Positions 42,101 to 57,899 of a stretch of DNA of 64,000 nt are shown here, one piece after another. The notes under the pieces were generated by a model. That model was not told the origin of the DNA. It saw only the letters and a program-made list of their open reading frames with translations, and searched no databases. This DNA is from Antedon mediterranea. Lineage: Eukaryota > Animalia > Echinodermata. Made by a program: the position numbers and the translations under genes. Positions within the stretch are counted from its first letter, which is position 1. Every line of letters starts with the position of its first letter. The stretch spans positions 12,324,771 to 12,388,770 of the forward strand of contig NC_092676.1 in the NCBI RefSeq assembly GCF_964355755.1, read 5' to 3'.

Positions 42101-45100
42101 GTGCATTTTGAAAAAATTTGTTAACATAAAAAGACCAAAGTGTTTAGAATATCTCCAAATCGCATTTGGAGACGTTTTAAACCATTTTGTGCATTTCGAT
42201 GGAACTTGGTTACACAAAAACATCAAAGTGCTTAAAATCACATTTAAAACCGTTTTAGAGCATTTTGAGCATTTCGATAAAACTTTTCACACAAAAACAT
42301 CAAAGTGCACAAAATAGCTTCAAATCACATTTGAAACCGTTTTAGAGCATTTTTAGCATTTCGATAAAACTTTTCACACAAAAACATCAAAGTGTACAAA
42401 ATAGCTTCAAATCGCATTTAGAGAGGTTTTAGACAATTTTGTGCATTTCGATAAAACTTTTCACACAAAAACATCAAAGTGTACAAAATAGCTTCAAATT
42501 GCATTTAGAGACGTTTTAGACCATTTTGTGCATTTCGATAAAACTTTTCACACAAAAACATCAAATTGCACAAAATCGTTTTAAACCATTTTAAATCGTT
42601 TTAAACCATTTTGAGCATGTCGATAAAACTTTTCACAAAAAACATCAAAGTGCACAGAATAGCTTCAAATTGCATTTGGAGACGTTTTAGAGCATTTTGT
42701 GCATTTCGATAAAATGTGTTAACATAAAAAGACCAAAGTGTTTAGAATATCTTCAAATCACATTTGGAGACGTTTTAGACCATTTTTTGCATTTCGATGA
42801 AACTTGGTTACACAAAAACATCAAAGTGCTTAAAATCACATTTGAAACCGTTTTAGAGCATTTTGAGCATTTCGATAAAACTTTTCACACAAAAACATCA
42901 AAGTGTACAAAATAGCTTCAAATCGCATTTAGAGACGTTTTAGACCATTTTTTGCATTTCGATGAAACTTGGTTACACAAAAACATCAAAGTGCTTAAAA
43001 TCACATTTAAAACCGTTTTAGAGCATTTTTAGCATTTCGATAAAACTTTTCACACAAAAACATCAAAGTGTACAAAATAGCTTCAAATCGCATTTAGAGA
43101 GGTTTTAGACAATTTTGTGCATTTCGATAAAACTTTTCACACAAAAACATCAAAGTGTACAAAATAGCTTCAAATTGCATTTAGAGACGTTTTAGACCAT
43201 TTTGTGCATTTCGATAAAACTTTTCACACAAAAACATCAAATTGCACAAAATCGTTTTAAACCATTTTAAATCGTTTTAAACCATTTTGAGCATTTCGAT
43301 AAAACTTTTCACAAAAAACATCAAAGTGCACAGAATAGCTTCAAATTGCATTTGGAGACGTTTTAGAGCATTTTGTGCATTTCGATAAAATGTGTTAACA
43401 TAAAAAGACCAAAGTGTTTAGAATATCTTCAAATCACATTTGGAGACGTTTTAGACCATTTTTTGCATTTCGATGAAACTTGGTTACACAAAAACATCAA
43501 AGTGCTTAAAATCACATTTGAAACCGTTTTAGAGCATTTTGAGCATTTCGATAAAACTTTTCACACAAAAACATCAAAGTGTACAAAATAGCTTCAAATC
43601 GCATTTAGAGACGTTTTAGACCATTTTGTGCATTTCGAAAAAATTTGTTAACATAAAAAGACCAAAGTGTTTAGAATATCTCCAAATCGCATTTGGAGAC
43701 GTTTTAGACCATTTTGTGCATTTCGATGAAACTTGGTTACACAAAAACATCAAAGTGCTTAAAATCACATTTGAAACCGTTTTAGAACATTTTTAGCATT
43801 TCGATAATACTTTTCACACAAAAACATCAAAGTGTACAAAATAGCTTCAAATCGCATTTGGAGACGTTTTAGACCATTTTGTGCATTTCGATGAAAGTTG
43901 GTTACACAAAAACATCAAAGTGCTTAAAATCACATTTGAAACCGTTTTAGACCATTTTGAGCATTTCGATAAAACTTTTCACACAAAAAAATCAAAGTGC
44001 ACAAAATAGCTTCAAATCGCATTTGGAGACGTTTTAGACTATTTTGTGCATTTTGAAAAAATTTGTTAACATAAAAAGACCAAAGTGTTTAGAATATCTC
44101 CAAATCGCATTTGGAGACGTTTTAAACCATTTTGTGCATTTCGATGGAACTTGGTTACACAAAAACATCAAAGTGCTTAAAATCACATTTAAAACCGTTT
44201 TAGAGCATTTTGAGCATTTCGATAAAACTTTTCACACAAAAACATCAAAGTGTACAAAATAGCTTCAAATCGCATTTAGAGACATTTTAGACCATTTTGT
44301 GCATTTCGATAAAACTTTTCACACAAAAACATCAAATTGCACAAATAGCTTAATACCGTGTTTGAAATCGTTTTAAACCATTTTGAGCATGTCGATAAAA
44401 CTTTTCACAAAAAAACATCAAAGTGCACAGAATAGCTTCAAATCGCATTTGGAGACGTTTTAAACCATTTTGTGCATTTCGATAAAACTTTTCACATAAA
44501 AACAACAAAGTGTACAAAATAGCTTCAAATCGCATTTGGAGACGTTTTAGACCATTTTGTGCATTTCGATGAAACTTGGTTACACAAAAACATCAAAGTG
44601 CTTAAAATCACATTTGAAACCGTTTTAGAGCATTTTGAGCATTTCGATAAAACTTTTCACACAAAAACATCAAAGTGTACAAAATAGCTTCAAATCACAT
44701 TTGAAACCGTTTTAGACCATATTGAGCATTTCGATAAAACTTTTCACACAAAAACATCAAAGTGTACAAAATAGCTTCAAATCGCATTTGGAGACGTTTT
44801 AGACCATTTTGTGTATTTCGATGAAACTTGGTTACACAAAAACATCAAAGTGCTTAAAATCACATTTGAAAGCGTTTTAGAGCATTTTTAGCATTTCGAT
44901 AATACTTTTCACACAAAAACATCAAAGTGTACAAAATAGCTTCAAATCGCATTTGGAGACGTTTTAGACCATTTTGTGCATTTCGATGAAACTTGGTTAC
45001 ACAAAAACATCAAAGTGCTTAAAATCACATTTAAAACAGTTTTAGAGCATTTTGAGCATTTCGATAAAACTTTTCACACAAAAACATCAAAGTGTACAAA

Positions 45101-48100
45101 ATAGCTTCAAATCGCATTTAAAGAGGTTTTAGACCATTTTGTGCATTTCGATAAAACTTTTCACACAAAAACATCAAAGTGTACAAAATAGCTTCAAATC
45201 GCATTTAGAGACGTTTTAGACCATCTTGTGCATTTCGATAAAACTTTTCACACAAAAACATCAAATTGCACAAAATAGCTTAATATCGTGTTTGAAAACG
45301 TTTTAAACCATTTTGAGCATGTCGATAAAACTTTTCACACAAAAATATCAAAGTGCACAGAATATCTTCAAATCGCATTTAGAGACGTTTTAGACCATTT
45401 TGTGCATTTCGAAAAAATTTGTTAACATAAAAAGACCAAAGTGTTTAGAATATCTCCAAATCGCATTTGGAGACGTTTTAGACCATTTTGTGCATTTCAA
45501 TGAAACTTGGTTACACAAAAACATCAAAGTGCTTAAAATCACATTTAAAACCGTTTTAGAGCGTTTTGAGCATTTCGATAAACTTTTCACACAAAAACAT
45601 CAAAGTGCACAAAATAGCTTCAAATCGCATTTAGAGATGTTTTAGACCATTTTGTGCATTTCGATAAAACTTTTCACACAAAAACATCAAATTGCACAAA
45701 AAAGCTTAATACCGTGTTTGAAATCGTTTTAAACCAATTTGAGCATGTCGAAAAAACTTTTCACACAAAAACATCAAAGTGCACAGAATATCTTCAAATC
45801 GCATTTAGAGACGTTTTAGACCATTTTGTGCATTTCGAAAAAATTTGTTAACATAAAAAGACCAAAGTGTTTAGAATATCTCCAAATCGCATTTGGAGAC
45901 GTTTTAGACCATTTTGTGCATTTCGATGAAACTTGGTTACACAAAAACATCAAAGTGCTTAAAATCACATTTGAAACCGTTTTAGAGCATTTTGAGCATT
46001 TCGATAAAACTTTTCACACAAAAACATCAAAGTGTACAAAATAGCTTAAAATCACATTTGAAACCGTTTTAGACCATTTTGAGCATTTCGATAAAACTTT
46101 TCACACAAAAATATCAAAGTGTACAAAATAGCTTCAAATCGCATTTGGAGACGTTTTAGACCATTTTGTGCATTTCGATGAAACTTGGTTACACAAAAAC
46201 ATCAAAGTGCTTAAAATCACATTTGAAACCGTTTTAGAGCATTTTTAGCATTTCGATAATACTTTTCACACAAAAACATCAAAGTGTACAAAATAGCTTC
46301 AAATCGCATTTGGAGACGTTTTAGACCATTTTGTGCATTTCGATGAAACTTGGTTACACAAAAACATCAAAGTGCTTAAAATCACATTTGAAATCGTTTT
46401 AGACCATTTTGAGCATTTCGATAAAACTTTTCACACAAAAAAATCAAAGTGCACAAAATAGCTTCAAATCGCATTTGGAGACGTTTTAGACTATTTTGTG
46501 CATTTCGAAAAAATTTGTTAACATAAAAAGACCAAAGTGTTTAGAATATCTCCAAATCGCATTTGGAGACGTTTTAAATCATTTTGTGCATTTCGATGGA
46601 ACTTGGTTACACAAAAACATCAAAGTGCTTAAAATCACATTTAAAACCGTTTTAGAGCATTTTGAGCATTTCGATAAAACTTTTCACACAAAAACATCAA
46701 AGTGTACAAAATAGCTTCAAATCGCATTTAGAGAGGTTTTAGACCATTTTGTGCATTTCGATAAAACTTTACACACAAAAACATCAAAGTGTACAAAATA
46801 GCTTCAAATCGCATTTAGAGACGTTTTAGACCATTTTGTGCATTTCGATAAAACTTTTCACACAAAAACATCAAATTGCACAAAATAGCTTAATATCGTG
46901 TTTGAAAACGTTTTAAACCATTTTGAGCATGTCGATAAAACTTTTCACACAAAAATATCAAAGTGCACAGAATATCTTCAAATCGCATTTAGAGACGTTT
47001 TAGACCATTTTGTGCATTTCGAAAAAATTTGTTAACATAAAAAGACCAAAGTGTTTAGAATATCTCCAAATCGCATTTGGAGACGTTTTAGACCATTTTG
47101 TGCATTTCGATGAAACTTGGTTACATAAAAACATCAAAGTGCTTAAAATCACATTTAAAACCGTTTTAGAGCGTTTTGAGCATTTCGATAAACTTTTCAC
47201 ACAAAAACATCAAAGTGCACAAAATAGCTTCAAATCGCATTTAGAGATGTTTTAGACCATTTTGTGCATTTCGAAAAAACTTTTCACACAAAAACATCAA
47301 ATTGCACACAATAGCTTAATACCGTGTTTGAAATCGTTTTAAACCATTTTGAGCATGTCGATAAAACTTTTCACACAAAAACATCAAAGTGCACAGAATA
47401 TCTTCAAATCGCATATAGAGACGTTTTAGACCATTTTGTGCATTTCGAAAAAATTTGTTAACATTAAAAGACCAATGTGTTTAGAATATCTCCAAATCGC
47501 ATTTGGAGACGTTTTAGACCATTTTGTGCATTTCGATGAAACTTGGTTACACAAAAACATCAAAGTGCTTAAAATCACATTTGAATCCGTTTTAGAGCAT
47601 TTTTAGCATTTCGATAATACTTTTCACACAAAAACATCAAAGTGTACAAAATAGCTTCAAATCGCATTTGGAGACGTTTTAGACCATTTTGTGCATTTCG
47701 ATGAAACTTGGTTACACAAAAACATCAAAGTGCTTAAAATCACATTTGAAATCGTTTTAGACCATTTTGAGCATTTCGATAAAACTTTTCACACAAAAAA
47801 ATCAAAGTGCACAAAATAGCTTCAAATCGCATTTGGAGACATTTTAGACTATTTTGTGCATTTCGAAAAAATTTGTTAACATAAAAAGACCAAAGTGTTT
47901 AGAATATCTCCAAATCGCATTTGGAGACGTTTTAAATCATTTTGTGCATTTCGATGGAACTTGGTTACACAAAAACATCAAAGTGCTTAAAATCACATTT
48001 AAAACCGTTTTAGAGCATTTTGAGCATTTCGATAAAACTTTTCACACAAAAACATCAAAGTGTACAAAATAGCTTCAAATCGCATTTAGAGAGGTTTTAG

Positions 48101-51100
48101 ACCATTTTGTGCATTTCGATAAAACTTTACACACAAAAACATCAAAGTGTACAAAATAGCTTCAAATCGCATTTAGAGACGTTTTAGACCATTTTGTGCA
48201 TTTCGATAAAACTTTTCACACAAAAACATCAAATTGCACAAAATAGCTTAATATCGTGTTTGAAAACGTTTTAAACCATTTTGAGCATGTCGATAAAACT
48301 TTTCACACAAAAATATCAAAGTGCACAGAATATCTTCAAATCGCATTTAGAGACGTTTTAGACCATTTTGTGCATTTCGAAAAAATTTGTTAACATAAAA
48401 AGACCAAAGTGTTTAGAATATCTCCAAATCGCATTTGGAGACGTTTTAGACCATTTTGTGCATTTCGATGAAACTTGGTTACATAAAAACATCAAAGTGC
48501 TTAAAATCACATTTAAAACCGTTTTAGAGCGTTTTGAGCATTTCGATAAACTTTTCACACAAAAACATCAAAGTGCACAAAATAGCTTCAAATCGCATTT
48601 AGAGATGTTTTAGACCATTTTGTGCATTTCGAAAAAACTTTTCACACAAAAACATCAAATTGCACACAATAGCTTAATACCGTGTTTGAAATCGTTTTAA
48701 ACCATTTTGAGCATGTCGATAAAACTTTTCACACAAAAACATCAAAGTGCACAGAATATCTTCAAATCGCATATAGAGACGTTTTAGACCATTTTGTGCA
48801 TTTCGAAAAAATTTGTTAACATTAAAAGACCAATGTGTTTAGAATATCTCCAAATCGCATTTGGAGACGTTTTAGACCATTTTGTGCATTTCGATGAAAC
48901 TTGGTTACACAAAAACATCAAAGTGCTTAAAATCACATTTGAAACCGTTTTAGAGCATTTTGAGCATTTCGATAAAACTTTTCAAACAAAAACATCAAAG
49001 TGTACAAAATAGCTTCAAATCACATTTGAAACCGTTTTAGACCATTTTGAGCATTTCGATAAAACTTTTCACACAAAAACATCAAAGTGTACAAAATGGC
49101 TTCAAATCGCATTTGGAGACGTTTTAGAGCATTTTGAGCATTTCGATCAAACTTTTCACACAAAAACATCAAAGTGTACAAAATAACTTCAAATCGCATT
49201 TAGAGACGTTTTAGACCATTTTGTGCATTTTGGTAAAACTTTTCACACAAAAACATCAAATTGCACAAAATAGCTTAATATCGTGTTTGAAAACGTTTTA
49301 AACCATTTTGAGCATGTCGATAAAACTTTTCACATAAAAATATCAAAGTGCACAGAATAGCTTCAAATCGCATTTGGAGACGTTTTAGACCATTTTGTGC
49401 ATTTTGGTAAAACTTTTCACACAAAAACATCAAATTGCACAAAATAGCTTAATATCGTGTTTGAAAACGTTTTAAACCATTTTGAGCATGTCGATAAAAC
49501 TTTTCACTCAAAAATATCAAAGTGCACAGAAAATCTTCAAATCGCATTTAGAGACGTTTTAGACCATTTTGTGCATTTTGAAAAAATTTGTTAACATAAA
49601 AAGACCAAAGTGTTTAGAATATCTCCAAATCGCATTTGGAGACGTTTTAGACCATTTTGTGTTTTTCGAAAAAACTTTTCACACAAAAACATCAAAGTGT
49701 ACAAAATTGCTTCAAATCGCATTTGGAGACGTTTTAGACCATTTTGTGCATTTTGGTAAAACTTTTCACACAAAAACATCAAAATTCACAAAATAGCTTA
49801 ATATCGTGTTTGAAAACGTTTTAAACCATTTTGAGCATGTCGATAAAACTTTTCACTCAAAAATATCAAAGTGCACAGAATATCTTCAAATCGCATTTAG
49901 AGACGTTTTAGACCATTTTGTGCATTTCGAAAAAAATTGTTAACATAAAAAGACCAAAGTGTTTAGAATATCTCCAAATCGCATTTGGAGACGTTTTAGA
50001 CCATTTTGCGCATTTCGATGAAACTTGGTTACACAAAAACATCAAAGTGCTTAAAATCACATTTAAAACCGTTTTAGAGCGTTTTGAGCATTTCGATAAA
50101 CTTTTCAAACAAAAACATCAAAGTGTACAAAATAGCTTCAAATCGTATTTGGAGACGTTTTAGACCATTTTGTGCGTTTCGATGAATCTTGGTTACACAA
50201 AAACATCAAAGTGCTTAAAATCACATTTAAAACCGTTTTAGTGCATTTTGAGCATTTCGATAAAACTTTTCACACAAAAACATCAAAGTGCACAAAATAG
50301 CTTCAAATCGCATTTAGAGATGTTTTAGACCATTTTGTGCGTTTCGATAAAACTTTTCACACAAAAACATCAAATTGCACAAAATAGCTTAATATCGTGT
50401 TTGAAAACGTTTTAGACCATTTTGAGCATGTCGATAAAACTTTTCACACAAAAACATAAAAGTGCACAAAATAGCTTCAAATCGCATTTAGAGATGTTTT
50501 AGACCATTTTGTGCGTTTCGATAAAACTTTTCACACAAAAACATCAAATTGCACAAAATAGCTTAATATCGTGTTTGAAAACGTTTTAGACCATTTTGAG
50601 CATGTCGATAAAACTTTTCACACAAAAACATAAAAGTGCACAGAATAGCTTCAAATCGCATTTGGAGACGTTTTAGACCATTTTGTGCATTTCGAAAAAA
50701 ACTTTTTAACATAAAAACACCAAAGTGCTTAGAATAGCTTCAAATCGCATTTGGAGACGTTTTAGACCATTTTGTGCATTTCGATGAAACTTGGTTACAC
50801 AAAAACATCAAAGTGCTTAAAATCACATTTGAAACCGTTATAGAGCATTTTTAGCATTTCGATAAAACTTTTCACACAAAAACATCAAAGTGTACAAAAT
50901 AGCTTCAAATCACATTTGAAACCGTTTTAGACCATTTTGAGCATTTCGATAAAACTTTTCACACAAAAACATCAAATTGCACAAAATAGCTTAATATTGT
51001 GTTTGAAAACGTTTTAAACCATTTTGAGCATGTCGATAAAACTTTTCACACAAAAATATCAAAGTGCCCAGAATATCTTCAAATCGCATTTAGAGACGTT

Positions 51101-52770
51101 TTAGACCATTTTGTGCATTTCGAAAAAATTTGTTAACATAAAAAGACCAAAGTGTTTAGATTATCTCCAAATCGCATTTGGAGACGTTTTAGACCATTTT
51201 GTGTTTTTCGAAAAAACTTTTCACACAAAAACATCAAAGTGTACAAAATTGCTTCAAATCGCATTTAGAGAGGTTTTAGACCATTTTGTGCATTTCGATA
51301 AAACTTTTCACACAAAAACATCAAAGTGCACAGAATATCTTAATACCGTGTCTGAAATCGTTTTAAACCATTTTGAGCATGTCGATAAAACTTTTCACAC
51401 AAAAACATCAAAGTGCACAGAATATCTTCAAATCGCATTTAGAGACGTTTTAGACCATTTTGTGCATTTCGAAAAAATTTGTTAACATAAAAAGACCAAA
51501 GTGTTTAGAATATCTCCAAATCGCATTTGGAGACGTTTTAGACCATTTTGTGCATTTCGATGAAACTTGGTTACACAAAAACATCAAAGTGCTTAAAATC
51601 ACATTTGAAACCGTTTTAGAGCATTTTGAGCATTTCGATAAAACTTTTCACACAAAAACATCAAAGTGTACAAAATAGCTTCAAATCACATTTGAAACCG
51701 TTTTAGACCATTTTGAGCATTTCGATAAAACTTTTCACACAAAAACATCAAAGTGTACAGAATAGCTTCAAATCGCATTTGGAGACGTTTTAGACCATTT
51801 TGTGCATTTCGATGAAACTTGGTTACACAAAAACATCAAAGTGCTTAAAATCACATTTGAAACCGTTTTAGAGCATTTTTAACATTTCGATAATACTTTT
51901 CACACAAAAAAATCAAACTGCACAAAATAGCTTCAAATCGTATTTGGAGAGGTTTTAGACCATTTTGTGCATTTCGATAAAACTTTTCACACAAAAACAT
52001 CAAAGTGTACAAAATAGCTTCAAATCGCATTTAGAGACGTTTTAGACCATTTTGTGCATTTCGATAAAACTTTTCACACAAAAACATCAAATTGCACAAA
52101 ATAGCTTAATATCGTGTTTGAAAACGTTTTAAACCATTTTGAGCATGTCGATAAAACTTTTCACAAAAAAATATCAAAGTGCACAGAATATCTTCAAATC
52201 GCATTTAGAGACGTTTTAGACCATTTTGTGCATTTCGATGAAACTTGGTTACACAAAAACATCAAAGTGCTTAAAATCACATTTAAAACCGTTTTAGAGC
52301 GTTTTGAGCATTTCGATAAACTTTTTACACAAAAACATCAAAGTGCACAAAATAGCTTCAAATCGCATTTAGAGATGTTTTAGACCATTTTGTGCATTTC
52401 GATAAAACTTTTCACACAAAAACATCAAATTGCACAAAATAGCTTAATACCGTGTTTGAAATCATTTTAAACCATTTTGAGCATGTCGATAAAACTTTTC
52501 ACACAAAAACATCAAAGTGCACAGAATATCTTCAAATCGCATTTAGAGACGTTTTAGACCATTTTGTGCATTTCGAAAAAATTTGTTAACATAAAAAGAC
52601 CAAAGTGTTTAGAATATCTCCAAATCGCATTTGGAGACGTTTTAGACCATTTTGTGCATTTCGATGAAACTTGGTTACACAAAAACATCAAAGTGCTTAA
52701 AATCACATTTGAAACCGTTTTAGAGCATTTTGAGCATTTCGATAAAACTTTTCACACAAAAACATCAAAG
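39130..52770 (+). repeat. Large segmental duplication inside the array, copy B
   Basis: Colinear with 1-13640 with no net indel. Private differences become dense from about 52772 (gtttac, then caattcg and ttccga). Confidence 0.93.
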
Positions 52771-55700
52771 TTTACAAAATAGCTTCAAATCACATTTGAA
52801 ACCGTTTTAGACCATTTTGAGCATTTCGATAAAACTTTTCACACAAAAACATCAAAGTGTACAAAATAGCTTCAATTCGCATTTGGAGACGTTTTAGACC
52901 ATTTTGTGCATTCCGATGAAACTTGGTTACACAAAAACATCAAAGTGCTTAAAATCACATTTGAAACCGTTTTAGAGCATTTTTAGCATTTCGATAATAC
53001 TTTTCACACAAAAACATCAAAGTGTACAAAATAGCTTCAAATCGCATTTGGAGACGTTTTAGACCATTTTGTGCATTTCGATGAAACTTGGTTACACAAA
53101 AACATCAAAGTGCTTAAAATCACATTTGAAACCGTTTTAGACCATTTTGAGCATTTCGATAAAACTTTTCACACAAAAAAATCAAAGTGCACAAAATAGC
53201 TTCAAATCGCATTTGGGGACGTTTTAGACTATTTTGTGCATTTCGAAAAAATTTGTTAACATAAAAAGACCAAAGTGTTTAGAATATCTCCAAATCGCAT
53301 TTGGAGACGTTTTAAACCATTTTGTGCATTTCGATGGAACTTGGTTACACAAAAACATCAAAGTGCTTAAAATCACATTTAAAACCGTTTTAGAGCATTT
53401 TTAGCATTTCGATAAAACTTTTCACACAAAAACATCAAAGTGTACAAAATAGCTTCAAATCACATTTGAAACCGTTTTAGACCATTTTGAGCATTTCGAT
53501 AAAACTTTTCACACAAAAACATCAAAGTGTACAAAATAGCTTCAAATCGCATTTGGAGACGTTTTAGACCATTTTGTGCATTTCGATGAAACTTGGTTAC
53601 ACAAAAACATCAAAGTGCTTAAAATCACATTTGAAACCGTTTTAGAGCATTTTTAGCATTTCGATAAATACTTTTCACACAAAAACATCAAGGTGTACAA
53701 AATAGCTTCAAATCGCATTTGGAGACGTTTTAGACCATTTTGTGCATTTCGATGAAACTTGGTTACAAAAAAACATCAAAGTGCTTAAAATCACATTTGA
53801 AACCGTTTTAGACCATTTTGAGCATTTCGATAAAACTTTTCACACAAAAACATCAAATTGCACAAAATAGCTTAATATCGTGTTTGAAAACGTTTTAGAC
53901 CATTTTGAGCATGTCGATAAAACTTTTCACACAAAAACATAAAAGTGAACAGAATAGCTTCAAATTGCATTTGGAGACCTTTTAGAGCATTTTGTGCATT
54001 TCGATAAAATGTGTTAATATAAAAAGACCAAAGTGTTTAGAATATCTTCAAATCACATTTGGAGACGTTTTAGACCATTTTTTGCATTTCGATGAAACTT
54101 GGTTACACAAAAACATCAAAGTGCTTAAAATCACATTTAAAACCGTTTTAGAGCATTTTGAGCATTTCGATAAAACTTTTCACACAAAAACATCAAAGTG
54201 TACAAAATAGCTTCAAATCGAATTTAGAGAGGTTTTATACCATTTTGTGCATTTCGATAAAACTTTTCACACAAAAACATCAAAGTGTACAAAATAACTT
54301 CAAATCGCATTTAGAGACGTTTTAGACCATTTTGTGCATTTTGATAAAACTTTTCACACAAAAACATCAAATTGCACAAAATAGCTTAATACCGTGTTGG
54401 AAATCGTTTTAAACCATTTTGAGCATGTCGATAAAACTTTTCACAAAAAAACATCAAAGTGCACCGAATAGCTTCAAATCGCATTTGGAGACGTTTTAAA
54501 CCATTTTGTGCATTTCGATGAAACTTGGTTACACAAAAACATCAAAGTGCTTAAAATCACATTTGAAACCGTTTTAGAGCATTTTGAGCATTTCGATAAA
54601 ACTTTTCACACAAAAACATCAAAGTGTACAAAATAGCTTCAAATCGCATTTAGAGACGTTTTAGACCATTTTGTGCATTTCGAAAAAATTTGTTAACATA
54701 AAAAGACCAAAGTGTTTAGAATATCTCCAAATCGCATTTGGAGACGTTTTAGACCATTTTGTGCATTTCGATGAAACTTGGTTACACAAAAACATCAAAG
54801 TGCTTAAAATCACATTTGAAACCGTTTTAGAGCATTTTTAGCATTTCGATAATACTTTTCACACAAAAACATCAAAGTGTACAAAATAGCTTCAAATCGC
54901 ATTTGGAGACGTTTTAGACCATTTTGTGCATTTCGATGAAACTTGGTTACACAAAAACATCAAAGTGCTTAAAATCACATTTGAAACCGTTTTAGACCAT
55001 TTTGAGCATTTCGATAAAACTTTTCACACAAAAAAATCAAAGTGCACAAAATAGCTTCAAATCGCATTTGGAGACGTTTTAGACTATTTTGTGCATTTTG
55101 AAAAAATTTGTTAACATAAAAAGACCAAAGTGTTTAGAATATCTCCAAATCGCATTTGGAGACGTTTTAAACCATTTTGTGCATTTCGATGGAACTTGGT
55201 TACACAAAAACATCAAAGTGCTTAAAATCACATTTAAAACCGTTTTAGATCATTTTGAGCATTTCGATAAAACTTTTCAGACAAAAACATCAAATTGCAC
55301 AAAATAGCTTAATACCGTGTTTGAAATCGTTTTAAACCATTTTGAGCATGTCGATAAAACTTTACACAAAAAAACATCAAAGTGCACAGAATAGCTTCAA
55401 ATCGCATTTGGAGACGTTTTAAACCATTTTGTGCATTTCAATAAAACTTTTCACATAAAAACAACAAAGTGTACAAAATAGCTTCAAATCGCATTTAGAG
55501 ACGTTTTAGACCATTTTGGGCATTTCGATGAAACTTGGTTACACAAATACATAAAAATGCTTAAAATCACATTTCAAACCGTTTTAGAGCATTTTGAGCA
55601 TTTCGATAAATCTTTTCACACAAAAACATCAAAGTGCACAAAATAGCTTCAAATCGCATTTAGAGATGTTTTAGACCATTTTGTGCAATTCGATAAAACT

Positions 55701-57899
55701 TTTCACACAAAAACATCAAATTGCACAAAATAGCTTAATATCGTGTTTGAAAACGTTTTAGACCATTTTGAGCATGTCGATAAAACTTTTCACACAAAAA
55801 CATAAAAATGAACAGAATAGCTTCAAATTGCATTTGGAGACGTTTTAGAGCATTTTGTGCATTTCGATAAAATGTGTTAACATAAAAAGACCAAAGTGTT
55901 TAGAATATCTTCAAATCACATTTGGAGACGTTTTAGACCATTTTTTGCATTTCGATGAAACTTGGTTACACAAAAACATCAAAGTGCTTAAAATCACATT
56001 TAAAACCGTTTTAGAGCATTTTGAGCATTTCGATAAAACTTTTCACACAAAAACATCAAAGTGTACAAAATAGCTTCAAATCGCATTTAGAGAGGTTTTA
56101 GACCATTTTGTGCATTTCGATAAAACTTTTCACACAAAAACATCAAAGTGTACAAAATAACTTCAAATCGTATTTAGAGACGTTTTAGACCATTTTGTGC
56201 ATTTTGATAAAACTTTTCACACAAAAACATCAAATTGCACAAAATAGCTTAATATCGTGTTTGAAAACGTTTTAAACCATTTTCAGCATGTCGATAAAAC
56301 TTTTCACACAAAAATATCAAAGTGCACAGAATATCTTCAAATCGCATTTAGAGACGTTTTAGACCATTTTGTGCATTTCGAAAAAATTTGTTAACATAAA
56401 AAGACCAAAGTGTTTAGAATATCTCCAAATCGCATTTGGAGACGTTTTAGACCATTTTGTGTTTTTCGAAAAAACTTTTCACACAAAAACATCAAAGTGT
56501 ACAAAATTCCTTCAAATCGCATTTAGAGATGTTTTAGACCATTTTGTGCATTTCGAAAAAATTTGTTAACATAAAAAGACCAAAGTGTTTAGAATATCTC
56601 CAAATCGCATTTGGAGACGTTTTAGACCATTTTGTGCATTTCGATGACACTTGGTTACACAAAAACATCAAAGTGCTTAAAATCACATTTAAAACCGTTT
56701 TAGAGCGTTTTGAGCATTTCGATAAACTTTTCAAACAAAAACATCAAAGTGTACAAAATAGCTTCAAATCGTATTTGGAGACGTTTTAGACCATTTTGTG
56801 CGTTTCGATGAATCTTGGTTACACAAAAACATCAAAGTGCTTAAAATCAAATTTAAAACCGTTTTAGTGCATTTTGAGCATTTCGATAAAACTTTTCACA
56901 CAAAAACATCAAAGTGCACAAAATAGCTTCAAATCGCATTTAGAGATGTTTTAGACCATTTTGTGCGTTTCGATAAAACTTTTCACACAAAAACATCAAA
57001 TTGCACAAAATAGCTTAATATCGTGTTTGAAAACGTTTTAGACCATTTTGAGCATGTCGATAAAACTTTTCACACAAAAACATCAAAGTTTACAAAATAG
57101 CTTCAAATCACATTTGGAGACGTTTTAAACCATTTTGTGCATTTCGAAAAAAACTTTTTAACATAAAAACACCAAAGTGCTTAGAATAGCTTCAAATCTC
57201 ATTTGGAGACGTTTTAGACCATTTTGTGCATTTCGATGAAACTTGGTTACACAAAAACATCAAAGTGCTTAAAATCACATTTGAAACCGTTTTAGAGCAT
57301 TTTGAGCATTTCGATAAAACTTTTCACACAAAAACATCAAAGTTTACAAAATAGCTTCAAATCACATTTGAAACCGTTTTAGACCATTTTGAGCATTTCG
57401 ATAAAACTTTTCACACAAAAACATCAAAGTGTACAAAATAGCTTCAAATCGCATTTGGAGACGTTTTAGACCATTTTGTGCATTTCGATGAAACTTGGTT
57501 ACACAAAAACATCAAAGTGCTTAAAATCACATTTGAAACCGTTTTAGACCATTTTGAGCGTTTCGATAAAACTTTTCACACAAATAAATCAGAGTGCACA
57601 AAATAGCTTCAAATCGCATTTGGAGACGTTTTAGACTATTTTGTGCATTTCGAAAAAATTTGTTAACATAAAAAGACCAAAGTGTTTAGAATATCTCCAA
57701 ATCGCATTTGGAGACGTTTTAAACCATTTTGTGCATTTCGATGGAACTTGGTTACACAAAAACATCAAAGTGCTTAAAATCACATTTAAAACCGTTTTAG
57801 AGCATTTTGAGCATTTCGATAAAACTTTTCACACAAAAACATCAAAGTGTACAAAATAGCTTCAAATCGCATTTAGAGACGTTTTAGACCATTTTGTGC

